From a virus (lineage: Duplodnaviria > Caudoviricetes): 64,000 nucleotides of DNA. Position numbers and translations under genes: made by a program. The stretch lies in IMG/VR virus record IMGVR_UViG_3300030055_000003. One strand, given 5' to 3'. Below are positions 50,803 to 60,984 of this stretch, piece after piece; position 1 is the first letter of the stretch, and each line of letters starts with the position of its first letter. A model generated the notes under the pieces. That model did no database searches and was not told the origin of the DNA. It was given only the letters and a program-made list of their open reading frames with translations.

Positions 50803-51534
50803 TTATAACATATTTTTATGGGCTACAACTTCTTTTTGAATTTTTCTTTGCAATCCATATCCTAGATCCTTAGAGCCATGTATTGGCACAGGAATCGTAT
50901 TTACTCCATCTGTATAATTAGCATGTCTTCCAGTATTTTTATATTCATAACCATTATCTTCTAAATATTTAATTAAATCTCTTTGCTTAAATATTTTATT
51001 ATACTTATTTTTAGCTTTCTCAAAATCTTTATTTACATTTTCAATAATATCATTAGACATATTCTCATTGTTTTCTTCCAATTCATCAACATTGAAAAAT
51101 CCATTTTGAAAATCTATGCAATCTTTTATAAGATTATCTCCTAATGTTTTTAATTCTGACATAGATTGTTTAAAGATATTAGTAGCTTTTATTTGTGATA
51201 CCTTAATTCTTTTATCAGCTATATTAAAATTTTGTATATTACTACTTTTTAATATTCTTCTAAGTTCCTCCATATAACAGTCATATAGCAAATGAAATCT
51301 TTTTGAACTTGTTATATATAAATATTTCATAATATCAAAACATTTATCAAAATCTTTAGTTATATCGTCTACTGTCATATTCCTATCCTTAGAAAACCTT
51401 ATTAATAATGCTTGGAAAATACCTATATTTTCCTTTATTGTTTCTTCCATTAGATATGTTGAAGTTATTGTTATATTAGCACATTCATCACAAAATTGTT
51501 TATCAGTTTCATTTAAAGCTTTAACCCAACTCAT
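50803..51534 (-). CDS. Helical N-domain fused to C-terminal HicA-type toxin domain
   Basis: KQRDLIKYLEDNGY...TGRH...TIPVPIHGSKDLGYGLQRKI. Confidence 0.75.
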   Translation of the reverse strand: MSWVKALNETDKQFCDECANITITSTYLMEETIKENIGIFQALLIRFSKDRNMTVDDITKDFDKCFDIMKYLYITSSKRFHLLYDCYMEELRRILKSSNIQNFNIADKRIKVSQIKATNIFKQSMSELKTLGDNLIKDCIDFQNGFFNVDELEENNENMSNDIIENVNKDFEKAKNKYNKIFKQRDLIKYLEDNGYEYKNTGRHANYTDGVNTIPVPIHGSKDLGYGLQRKIQKEVVAHKNML

Positions 51535-51550
51535 ATTAATACCTCATTGC

Positions 51551-52048
51551 TTATTTAAATTCTTGTTCATCAATATTATCTAACAAATCTTGTATTTGCA
51601 TTCTTGCCTGTTCTCTACCAAAATCATTTAAATATTCAAACACTTTGTTATTAGGTTGTTCTGAATTATATATCTCTAATTTTATATCATCAGAAAACCA
51701 TTCTGATTCTTCGTCTTCAATCATTGTTAAAATTCTATTCATAGGTATGAGTATTTCATCTCTCCAATTATTTTCAATTTTTAGATTTTCATAAACATCC
51801 CCAAAATCATAATTTAACCACTCTATAAAGTCTTTTTCTTTTAGTTTATTATAGTCCTCACCTAAAATCTCTTTGACTGCATCAATGTTACTTTCTAATG
51901 CTATAAATTGAGGTCTATCTTTATCATCTGTATACTTTAACAAACCTTTTTCTAAGCATTTCTTTATTTCTAATGTTTCTTCACCTATTTCTTCTTCCAA
52001 CCAACTATAACCATTTAATATTTTTAACATTCTCAACACACCTTTCAA
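51551..52048 (-). CDS. Hypothetical protein
   Basis: ORF. Confidence 0.7.
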   Translation of the reverse strand: MKGVLRMLKILNGYSWLEEEIGEETLEIKKCLEKGLLKYTDDKDRPQFIALESNIDAVKEILGEDYNKLKEKDFIEWLNYDFGDVYENLKIENNWRDEILIPMNRILTMIEDEESEWFSDDIKLEIYNSEQPNNKVFEYLNDFGREQARMQIQDLLDNIDEQEFK

Positions 52049-52123
52049 AATATTATATTACTATTATACCATTAATTTGAAAGAATATACCTATTATTAA
52101 AAGTATTTTATATTAATTTATTT

Positions 52124-52555
52124 TTATAAATAAATCTCATACCATCTTTCAGTAGTGCAACCAGAATATTCTGTTTTATACATTATATATAAGCATTTTA
52201 CTTGTTTAATTTTTTGTAATTTTAAACCTATTAAAAAATTCATGTATCCTTCATAAGTATGTTTATATTTCTTAATCAATTTATTTTTATTATTATAAAC
52301 ACTCATATTTACAAAAGGATAAACTTCTTCATATAATCCTTTTTCTCGTTGAATATCTTTGTACTCTTCTTTTATTGTAGTAATCAAATAATCCACACTG
52401 GCGTTTTTATCTTTAATTATATCATAGGATTCTCCTTCACAACTATAACAAGCACTTTCATAGGCATCTTTATAGCTTAATCCTTCGTTTAAATATGACT
52501 TAACCAATTTATTAAAATATTCTTTATCTCTTTCATATAATTCTTTTATATTCAT
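52124..52555 (-). CDS. Hypothetical protein
   Basis: ORF. Confidence 0.7.
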   Translation of the reverse strand: MNIKELYERDKEYFNKLVKSYLNEGLSYKDAYESACYSCEGESYDIIKDKNASVDYLITTIKEEYKDIQREKGLYEEVYPFVNMSVYNNKNKLIKKYKHTYEGYMNFLIGLKLQKIKQVKCLYIMYKTEYSGCTTERWYEIYL

Positions 52556-52577
52556 TCTTCATAATATCCTTTCAGTT

Positions 52578-53102
52578 TTAATCAAATATTTTTACATCCT
52601 CTAATAATTGCTTAACCTTATCATTATCAATCCAATCTAAATCAATGGTTACGTTCCTATCGGAATCCGTACATATACCCATTTTATTTCGATTACTAAC
52701 TTTAAAATTGATATCATATTTCTCAATATATTTTAGTGCGTCATCATTTTCACTCCAGTTTTCATCTTCTATAAATATATGAACTTTATTACTATTCTCA
52801 GATAAACTTTTATTGATATTCTCGCATAGCATTTTTATATCATATATTGTACCATTAGATATCTCTAATCCGTATTTTTCTAAATTATTTTTTCTATTAG
52901 TTTTATAGTCATAGTCCCTAACAAATCTCATAATATCTTGGTATATTCTATAATTTTCCATACACCTATAATCATTATTTAAAAAATTACTTAATTGTGA
53001 AGGGTTTTTATTTATTAATTTAGCAAATTGTGTTTTATTAATTTTATTTTCTTTTATATAGTCATTTATTCTTTTTATATAATATAATTGTTTATCTTCC
53101 AT
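52578..53102 (-). CDS. N-terminal HTH-domain protein
   Basis: IKENKINKTQFAKLINKNPSQLSNFLN. Confidence 0.6.
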   Translation of the reverse strand: MEDKQLYYIKRINDYIKENKINKTQFAKLINKNPSQLSNFLNNDYRCMENYRIYQDIMRFVRDYDYKTNRKNNLEKYGLEISNGTIYDIKMLCENINKSLSENSNKVHIFIEDENWSENDDALKYIEKYDINFKVSNRNKMGICTDSDRNVTIDLDWIDNDKVKQLLEDVKIFD

Positions 53103-53171
53103 ATTAATCCTTCTTTCTTATTAAAACAGGGAAATCTAATGTTCCCCCGTTTTTAATTTTTATTATTTAAT

Positions 53172-53582
53172 TTATTTCTCAATCCAATGAAAAGCATCCA
53201 TCATAGATTCATATTCATAATCTGACACATCTATTTTATTATCACTTATGTATAAATGTATAGCAATGAATCCTCTTGTAAAGTAATCATCATATAATTC
53301 TTTTCCTTGTAAAACTACCCATGAAATAAAATCTAAATCCTTATCTTTGTTTACAAATCCCATATTTTCTTTATATAATAATTTAAATTCTTTATCACTT
53401 ATAAACTCATTCATTATTTCAGAAAATTCCATCATAAGCCAATCCATAGTATCTCTTATTTTACAATTTTCATTTAGTAATTTACATAAGTTTTCACATT
53501 GTTTAGCTGATTTAAAGTTAGCATTCTTCTTTGATTCTTCAATTAAAACCCATAATTTTTCTCTTAATTTTTTATCTAACAT
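53172..53582 (-). CDS. DUF4240-like protein
   Basis: LWVLIEES...DFISWVVLQGKELY...YESM. Confidence 0.6.
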   Translation of the reverse strand: MLDKKLREKLWVLIEESKKNANFKSAKQCENLCKLLNENCKIRDTMDWLMMEFSEIMNEFISDKEFKLLYKENMGFVNKDKDLDFISWVVLQGKELYDDYFTRGFIAIHLYISDNKIDVSDYEYESMMDAFHWIEK

Positions 53583-53620
53583 ACTTTTAATCTCCTTTAT
53601 ATTTGTTATATTAATTTATT

Positions 53621-55240
53621 TTATAATTCAAACATATCCATTCCTATGATAAATCTTTGTACTTTCCCAGTCTCTATACTCATAGGTGTTAAGATAGTAT
53701 TGATTTCATCTTCTGTAAAATCACCATAACACAAAACAACTCTACCTGTACAACCTAAATTACGTCTTGTAAATTTATCATCAAATTTCCTTATTTTTAT
53801 CTTAGCTCCACTATAAGTTAATGTAGCAGTTGCATAACTATAATTACTAGCATCTATTGTTGATTTATCAAATTGACATCTACATGAAATATCCTCAAAT
53901 ATTTCTTTTATATTATCATTTTTAGTTACTATTAATATAACATTGTTATACTTTAATTTTAAATCGTATTCTAACGCTTTTCTTACTATAAAATCCTTTA
54001 ATTTGTTTTCTACAAATGATTTTAAATCTACTTCTCCTTTATTGATTGTCATTATTTTTTCTAATTCATTGAAACAATTAAATTTTCGTTCTATCTTCAT
54101 TGTCTCAGTTTCTTTAATTACTATTAGGCTAAAACTTCTATTGGTTTTTCTTTGAGTAGTTACTTTAAACTCTTCAGATATAAATAAGTCTTTAATATTT
54201 TGTAAATTTTCTTTTATTATATCATTATATTCTTTTACCCTTTTATTTTTTACTTTTTGTTCTTGCATTATTGCACCTTTAAAATCAATAGTATTAGTGA
54301 AATTTATATCACCAGCACTTTCTTCATATAAATTAGCATTTCTCCTTTGACCTCTAATTGGTTTTTCATCAAACATCTCCTTATATTCATTACAAAGGTC
54401 GAATTCCTTGTCAAACATTAAATCTCCAATGTGTTTCTTAGTATCTACTATTTGTTCTCTAGTTAAATAACCAGATTCTATAAGCTTCTTAATTCCTATT
54501 ACATGATAACTAATATCTTTTCTGCAATTGAACAAATTCATTATAGGATGTTTAATGGTAAATACTGATACATACTTTTTAGCCTTAATATCTAATTGAG
54601 GTAATCCATCGTCAAACAAAACCATGTCAATTATTTCATCTTCATCAAATCTTTCATCTTTATCACATATAGTTATCGTTTCCCCTGTATCAAATTCAAT
54701 AAACAATTTCTTTCTAGAGAAATTATAATACCTAATTGATTCTCTTATAGTATCATCCAAAGCAAATATTTCTTCAAAATGGTCTTTTAAGATTCTTAAT
54801 TGCCCCATATTACTATTTATGTATAAGACTGTCTTTGGTTTCTCATACATTACTTTATTAGCTAATAGGAAAGTTTTGCTACCTTGTCGACTTATATTAG
54901 CCATTATTATTTTTGAGTCATCTCTCACAATGTCTGCTTGCCATTCAAATAATCTAAATTCTTTTTTCATTTTTACATCAATCTCCTTTGATTCTTCAAA
55001 TTTTTCAATATCTTCAATATAATATTTAATATATTTTATAAGGTCTTTTTCATCTGTTGTAAAATCTATGTCTAAAAAATAGTCACCATAATATAATCTA
55101 TCCTCGGAAAAATATAAATTTCTATTTTTTACATAATTCACAACTTCATCTATGTCCTTAAATACAAGAACACTATCTTTAGATATTGTGTTTTCTACAT
55201 TGCAATATTTTAAGCTTTTTAATTTAAAGTTATATTTCAT
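53621..55240 (-). CDS. Degenerate terminase-ATPase-like (P-loop) protein
   Basis: EWQADI...ISRQGSKT; VLFDDG in Walker B position. Confidence 0.45.
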   Translation of the reverse strand: MKYNFKLKSLKYCNVENTISKDSVLVFKDIDEVVNYVKNRNLYFSEDRLYYGDYFLDIDFTTDEKDLIKYIKYYIEDIEKFEESKEIDVKMKKEFRLFEWQADIVRDDSKIIMANISRQGSKTFLLANKVMYEKPKTVLYINSNMGQLRILKDHFEEIFALDDTIRESIRYYNFSRKKLFIEFDTGETITICDKDERFDEDEIIDMVLFDDGLPQLDIKAKKYVSVFTIKHPIMNLFNCRKDISYHVIGIKKLIESGYLTREQIVDTKKHIGDLMFDKEFDLCNEYKEMFDEKPIRGQRRNANLYEESAGDINFTNTIDFKGAIMQEQKVKNKRVKEYNDIIKENLQNIKDLFISEEFKVTTQRKTNRSFSLIVIKETETMKIERKFNCFNELEKIMTINKGEVDLKSFVENKLKDFIVRKALEYDLKLKYNNVILIVTKNDNIKEIFEDISCRCQFDKSTIDASNYSYATATLTYSGAKIKIRKFDDKFTRRNLGCTGRVVLCYGDFTEDEINTILTPMSIETGKVQRFIIGMDMFEL

Positions 55241-55281
55241 TTTATTCGTTCCTTTCTTTTATTATATTAATTTATTATGTA

Positions 55282-56274
55282 TTAACAAGCTTTCTTCTTG
55301 GCTCTTTTATTATTATCTGCTACTAATAAATCTCTATTTCTTTTTCTAACTTCATTATACATATTGTAGAATGATTCTTTTAGTTGTGCATTTTCTATTA
55401 GTAATCTATTGTATTCTTTTTCTATATAGTTAAAAGCATCTATGTATTTAAGTTTAAATTCTAACAAATCATTTTTCTTATTTCCTTGTGCTGATAAATC
55501 CATTAAATAGAAAAATAACATATCTTTATATATTCTACTTGTAACTTGTTTTTTATTTTGAGAATTTATATATGTATCTTCTAAAGTGTTGAAATTACTA
55601 TGTTTTAAAGGACGGTCGAGACTTCGACACTCCAAAAACTCATTCAATTTCTTTATTTTTTCTCTAATATGTTTGGGTTCTACGTTTATAAGTTGTCCTA
55701 ATTCATGACTCAAAACATATGGTAAATTGCCTTCATCAAAATACACTTTTATACCTAGTTCTTCAATTATTTTAACTTGTAAACTATCATAAAAACTTTC
55801 TTTATCTTCATCTTTAAAACTTGTACACTTATAAAATTTATTTTTAGATACTTCCTGTAAAACTTCTTTTTGTTCATCTGTTAATGGTTTAATTATTTCT
55901 GGAATATTATCAAAGTAATTCTCAAATATGTAGTTCATACCACCCATGACATTAAAATAAATATTTTCACGATAACTTTTAGTTCCCTCATTTTCTATAT
56001 TATCATTATTGTACATTCCATCGCATACAAACTCAAAACAAAGTTTATTTATGTCTATGGCTCTGATTCTTTTCTTTTTATCTCCTAATCTTGATCTATC
56101 AAGATATACATAGAAGTCTAAAATATTTTTAATTTTTCTTTCAATAGTCTTTTCAGCTAATTTCTTCCTTTCTAAAACCAATTCCCAAGAATACAATTGT
56201 GTTATAATCATTTCTTTAAAGTGATTCTCTCCTATAGATTTTTCAAACAGTTTTTTAATTTTTTCTTTCTCCAT
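55282..56274 (-). CDS. Rha-family regulatory protein with N-terminal extension
   Basis: SHELGQLINVEPKHIREKI...EDTYINSQNK...KLKYIDAFN. Confidence 0.75.
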   Translation of the reverse strand: MEKEKIKKLFEKSIGENHFKEMIITQLYSWELVLERKKLAEKTIERKIKNILDFYVYLDRSRLGDKKKRIRAIDINKLCFEFVCDGMYNNDNIENEGTKSYRENIYFNVMGGMNYIFENYFDNIPEIIKPLTDEQKEVLQEVSKNKFYKCTSFKDEDKESFYDSLQVKIIEELGIKVYFDEGNLPYVLSHELGQLINVEPKHIREKIKKLNEFLECRSLDRPLKHSNFNTLEDTYINSQNKKQVTSRIYKDMLFFYLMDLSAQGNKKNDLLEFKLKYIDAFNYIEKEYNRLLIENAQLKESFYNMYNEVRKRNRDLLVADNNKRAKKKAC

Positions 56275-56372
56275 TCTCTTCTCTCCTTTTATTTTGATTT
56301 ATTCACATATTATTTTTTAATATGCCCACATAAGGATACCTTAATTAGATATCCTTAAATTCACATACTACA

Positions 56373-56723
56373 TTAATATACATCTAATACTGATTCATAA
56401 GCATCATTTACTATAAAACCGTATAAACACCATGCTACCTGTTCTATAGATTTGCAAGTAGTGTATAGAATTTTATCTCCAATACTTCCTTGATATTCAA
56501 GATTACCAGTAGCTACAACTGTTATTGTATCTTTATTTTTCAATCTTTCTATTTTACTTGAAAATTCTTCTTCCGTAATTGGAATAGTTTTAATTATTTT
56601 TTTATTTTCTTTTAATTTATCATCTTTTGTAAATTTTAATTGATTATTTATTTTATCTAACTCCTGTAGTAATTCTCTTTTTCTTTTTAATAAAAATTCT
56701 TCATTATCATAATATTTTTCCAT
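56373..56723 (-). CDS. Hypothetical protein
   Basis: ORF with RBS. Confidence 0.7.
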   Translation of the reverse strand: MEKYYDNEEFLLKRKRELLQELDKINNQLKFTKDDKLKENKKIIKTIPITEEEFSSKIERLKNKDTITVVATGNLEYQGSIGDKILYTTCKSIEQVAWCLYGFIVNDAYESVLDVY

Positions 56724-56747
56724 AATATCGTAAACTCCTTTAATTTA

Positions 56748-57368
56748 TTAAACAACTTTAACTGGAATCCATTTCTCTTTTTGTTCTTTAAGCCATAAAT
56801 AACTGATATATCCATCCACTAGAGCATATTTCCCATCAGGTCTTTGTCTTACAGTTATAGCACTTTCTACACCTTTGTTATTCCCAAATATATCAAACTT
56901 AGCTAATTTCTTTTCACGTTTAGGTTGTCTTATTTTCATTATGTCTAATATCACTAAATCTTTATAATTCAAAAAATATTCAGTATCTTTTGGTTGTTTT
57001 GTATGCTTTTGAATTATTCCAATATTCTTTTCAAAATTACAATGAGATAATTTACTATCTACAACAATACATTTAATATTTACATTTAATAATTGTGCTA
57101 GCCTATACCATTTTAAACCTGAAACTAACACATAACCTTTGTTGCTAAGTTTTCTAACAATAATAGTTTTATTAAGTTCTAATTGTTTTTCTCTAAATGC
57201 TCTTAAAGCATATCCAAGGTCTTTGTTAAATCTTGTAGTTCTTGCTCCTTTAATATGTATATCATCTCTTAAACCAATTTCTTTTGGTGATAATTCAATA
57301 ACTGAATCCTTATTGTCCTCATAAAATTTTTCAATTATTTCTTGATTCTGTTTTCCTACATTTATCAT
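56748..57368 (-). CDS. Protein with two ParB/Srx-like domains
   Basis: IIVRK...YVLVSGLKWY and ITVRQ...YALVDGYISY. Confidence 0.6.
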   Translation of the reverse strand: MINVGKQNQEIIEKFYEDNKDSVIELSPKEIGLRDDIHIKGARTTRFNKDLGYALRAFREKQLELNKTIIVRKLSNKGYVLVSGLKWYRLAQLLNVNIKCIVVDSKLSHCNFEKNIGIIQKHTKQPKDTEYFLNYKDLVILDIMKIRQPKREKKLAKFDIFGNNKGVESAITVRQRPDGKYALVDGYISYLWLKEQKEKWIPVKVV

Positions 57369-57567
57369 TTTAATACAACTCCTTCTATGTAATTATTATT
57401 AATTTATTTCTTAACCTTATATTATCATATCACCTAAATCATGTCAATAATTCTTTTCATATTTATCTTAATTTGTTTTAATGGATTTTTAACCTTCCAT
57501 ATACTCTTAAATACTCGTTTATACTCTGTTTTTCAAAACCAACTTTACCATAAAATAGATATTTTAT

Positions 57568-57807
57568 CTACCCTTTATTTTTTAGTAAATTTTCAACTAA
57601 ATTATTTAATTTTTCAAATGCTTTAATTGATTCTATATATTCTTCTTCATCGTCTGAGTCAGTTTTATACTCTATTTTTATTCCGGTTGGTTTATGTTTT
57701 AATTTCACTTTATAATAATTGCAATATGCTCCATAATCACTGTCACTTGCACTTATCGTACCACCTATTTTTACTTTAGTTATCTTTACATCTTTAAATT
57801 TAATCAT
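57568..57807 (-). CDS. Hypothetical protein
   Basis: ORF with RBS. Confidence 0.65.
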   Translation of the reverse strand: MIKFKDVKITKVKIGGTISASDSDYGAYCNYYKVKLKHKPTGIKIEYKTDSDDEEEYIESIKAFEKLNNLVENLLKNKG

Positions 57808-57822
57808 CTCATCATCTCCAAT

Positions 57823-58029
57823 TTAGTCATAATCATAGTTTTGAATAGCGTCATAGTATTTGTTTTTATATCTTTCACTTTCAGATAACTTACTTTTACA
57901 ATACTCCAATTTACTTTGTAAATTATCTGTTGTTTTTTGATGATACAATACTGCAATAATTATACTGATTCCTCCTACTACTAATCCTCTAGTGTTTTTA
58001 TTAATATTATTTTTATTAAAATTTGTCAT
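57823..58029 (-). CDS. Single-TM coiled-coil protein
   Basis: Hydrophobic helix. Confidence 0.65.
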   Translation of the reverse strand: MTNFNKNNINKNTRGLVVGGISIIIAVLYHQKTTDNLQSKLEYCKSKLSESERYKNKYYDAIQNYDYD

Positions 58030-58136
58030 AATGTAACTATCCTCCTTTTATGTTGCTTATTTATACTCTATTTATGTAACTAGCATTGCACTAGTGTTTT
58101 AAATTCTGTCTTACTTAATTGTCTTGAAATGTTTTT

Positions 58137-58194
58137 GTAAGCGACTAGCCTGTCAGCTAGTTTCGGCGACTCTCACGTTCCTTATCAAACTTAC
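58137..58194 (-). ncRNA. Type I hammerhead ribozyme, U3-A8 core variant
   Basis: GUAAGU-UUGAUAA-stem II-GAAAC-UAGC(UGACAG)GCUA-GUC^GCUUAC; stems I and III pair fully. Confidence 0.75.
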
Positions 58195-58530
58195 TTATAA
58201 TACTTCATTAATTCTTTCTTGCATTCTTGTAGCAATTTTATTAACAATGGATTGAGCAAATTTTTGTATTTCTAAATAATCGAATACCTCAGATAATAAT
58301 TTTGAATCATCTTCTTTTCCATCATCACATAAATCACAAAATTTTTCATATTCATATTTAGTATCTTTTAATGCTTAAAATTTTTCATCTATATCTTTTA
58401 AACCAATTCCAAAAAATTTTCCGATACCTTCAATCTCCATAACATCTATAAACCTTGTATTTCCTAATTCTATGTTTACATATTCACTATTTAACTTTGC
58501 AACTGCTTTTAATAATTTTTCATTTAACAT
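58195..58530 (-). pseudogene. Hypothetical gene interrupted by an in-frame TAA
   Basis: RBS+ATG at 58530, TAA at 58375-77, frame continues to stop at 58195. Confidence 0.6.
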
Positions 58531-59148
58531 AATCCCCAATCTCCTTTTATGCCTTAACCTCCAACTGGTAGGTGGCTTTAATTTTTATTTATATTCTATT
58601 TCAAACTTTCCATATCCTAAATATTTAATATTATTATTTGGTAAATTTTCAACACCATTATCTATATAATCTTTTGCTCTCTCAAAGGTACAAAAACTAT
58701 TTTTTGCTATGTACTTTGCACATTTATCTCTAGTAACTATTCTCTTCATAACTTCCAACCCCTTAAATTTATTTTTATCTGTTACTTAACTTCTGATATA
58801 AGTATAACATATCATCTAAAATAATACAATACTATTTCTGTTAATTTGTTTAAATATTTAAAATTATTTTATTATTGCTGAAAATACTGGATTTATCAAC
58901 ACTATATAGAATCTAATACAAATACAACTCATATCGACTATATAAGCGTTTTAAATTTCATAGGTCTTAGTATATGTCTATGTGTCTTAAAATTGATTCT
59001 GGTGCATTGTGGTGAGTAAGTTTTATTGTTTATGGGTTCTAAAACCTCAGTAGATAAAATTATAGTTTTAAGTTAATATTGATTATTGTTTTCAATTAAA
59101 TATGGATAAAAAAGAAAGCTACCTTCTACAGTAGCAATAATAGTTTTT

Positions 59149-59412
59149 TTATTTGATTAATTTTAGTTTTGTGACTTCTTCCCAGTTACTTGCCGTTATA
59201 AGTTCTACTTTGCTCATATCTTTTCTCAGTGCTGATACTTCCTTAACAATGTCTTTTGTATCTGTCGGAATGTCTGACATGCTATCTTTTAAGCTTTTAA
59301 CGTCTTCTTTAATTATTTTTACATCTGCTTTTAATTCTTTGATGTCAGCCTTTATTGGTTCTAGTTCTTCTTTTAACATTGTCCTTATTGCTTTTAATGT
59401 TTCATTATCCAT
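59149..59412 (-). CDS. Heptad-repeat coiled-coil protein
   Basis: IKADIKELKADVKIIKEDVKSLK. Confidence 0.75.
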   Translation of the reverse strand: MDNETLKAIRTMLKEELEPIKADIKELKADVKIIKEDVKSLKDSMSDIPTDTKDIVKEVSALRKDMSKVELITASNWEEVTKLKLIK

Positions 59413-59819
59413 ACTTTAAAGCACCTCTCTTATAATAATTATATCAGATTCTATAGCAATTACAATTTAATTATTTTGCAACTTATTCCCATCTGATAAA
59501 TATAATTATACTCTTTTAATTTATTGTTGTATATAAATTTTAAAATAAATTAATAGAATTTTTTATTAAAATAAGTTTTTTAATTGGTTATTAAAACAAG
59601 TGTTTACGGTTCACCTGTTTTTAATACAAGAAAAAATTCTCTTTATAGGCTCATAACTGAATTTTATTTCTATAGGTGCAATTGTATTCCTTATGATTCA
59701 ATATAGCCTTGGAATCCATTCTGACGCTATAATATTGTGGTAAAATTATTTTTTCTTATGAAAATATAACAAAAGGAACTATAAAATTTTTTCTTATAGT
59801 TCCTTAAATATTTTTTTAA

Positions 59820-60536
59820 TTAGCTAAATGACCAGTTACTAACATAAGTGACAGCATTGCTATAATTCAATGGATTCAAATCACGATATTCAGAAACATT
59901 AAATGTATCACATAACCCTAACCACAAATTTTTAAAATACGTTCTTGAATTGTCTTTATACTTTTTAGAATGTGCTCCACCTAACATCGTACTAACTCTT
60001 TCTCTTGCGTGTTTATTTATTTGTTTTGCTTGATATGAATTGATTGTAGCTGAATTTATTAATGTCCCCATAGTTTTGTCCATATCTTCTATTTTTACTT
60101 TTAAATCTTTTATTTCACCTTCTAAACCTAAGTCATTATAAGTTTGTTGTCTTTTTTCCTCAGTTCCAAAGAAGGCTTCATGCAATACATCTTTGCATTG
60201 AAATTGATACTTAACTAATTTTTCAACTGTTTTTGGGTTCTCTTTTTGCATAGTTGGAGTCAATGAAATCTTAGCAAGCCAAAGTGTAACAAAATCTTCT
60301 CTAATAAAATACATTTCTTTAGTTGCTTGCATAGTGCCATATTTGGCACTCATCATTTTATAACCTTGTGATAATACAATATCATTCTTAATATTTCTAG
60401 CTTGCTTCTTACATTGATCTTCTGAAAGTCCTATGTCTTGCATAGTTTTATTTGCAGACATCCAAACAATTTCATTTTCATCCTTTACTCCTAATAGTTC
60501 ATCATCATAAAACTTAATTAATTTTTCTTTTAACAT
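59820..60536 (-). CDS. Phage antirepressor (ANT N-terminal plus ORF6C domain)
   Basis: FYDDELLGV...DFVTLWLAKI...YQFQCKDVLHEAF; C-terminal TFNVSEYRDL. Confidence 0.85.
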   Translation of the reverse strand: MLKEKLIKFYDDELLGVKDENEIVWMSANKTMQDIGLSEDQCKKQARNIKNDIVLSQGYKMMSAKYGTMQATKEMYFIREDFVTLWLAKISLTPTMQKENPKTVEKLVKYQFQCKDVLHEAFFGTEEKRQQTYNDLGLEGEIKDLKVKIEDMDKTMGTLINSATINSYQAKQINKHARERVSTMLGGAHSKKYKDNSRTYFKNLWLGLCDTFNVSEYRDLNPLNYSNAVTYVSNWSFS

Positions 60537-60624
60537 TTTAATCTCTCCCTTTATGTATTAATTTATTAGCATTTAATATGCTTATACAAAGGAACTTATT
60601 TTAATTCCCTTGAATCTACATACT

Positions 60625-60984
60625 TTAAAACGATTGACTGTTGGTATTTAATTGTAAGAATATATTTAATACTTTGTCAGTATCTTTTATTTTAGTATCT
60701 TCTAGTTTATTAATTTTCTTTAATAGTTTTTCATTACTTTTATAAATATAATCAAAGTAATCTAATTGAGTTTCATCCATACCGTCCCAATCAATAGCTC
60801 CAACTTCATTTCTTTTAACAGTTTTATAAAAATTATCTAAGTCTTTACTTGATTGCTCTTGTTTCTTAACTGTCTTTATGTATGTTACCTCATCTTTTAA
60901 TAATCCGTCATATCTTACTTTTTTATTTTGAGATGCACTTGTTTTCGCAAATCTTATATTTTGTTTATTTTTATCTGTAGCCAT
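60625..60984 (-). CDS. Hypothetical protein
   Basis: ORF with RBS. Confidence 0.7.
   Translation of the reverse strand: MATDKNKQNIRFAKTSASQNKKVRYDGLLKDEVTYIKTVKKQEQSSKDLDNFYKTVKRNEVGAIDWDGMDETQLDYFDYIYKSNEKLLKKINKLEDTKIKDTDKVLNIFLQLNTNSQSF

Noticed and set aside
22419-58377. Stop-codon reassignment (alternative genetic code)
   Set aside because: Only two internal stops, both TAA, which terminates most genes here.
59594-59605. AAAC-N4-GTTT LexA-like site
   Set aside because: Lies within a terminator hairpin arm, so probably coincidental.
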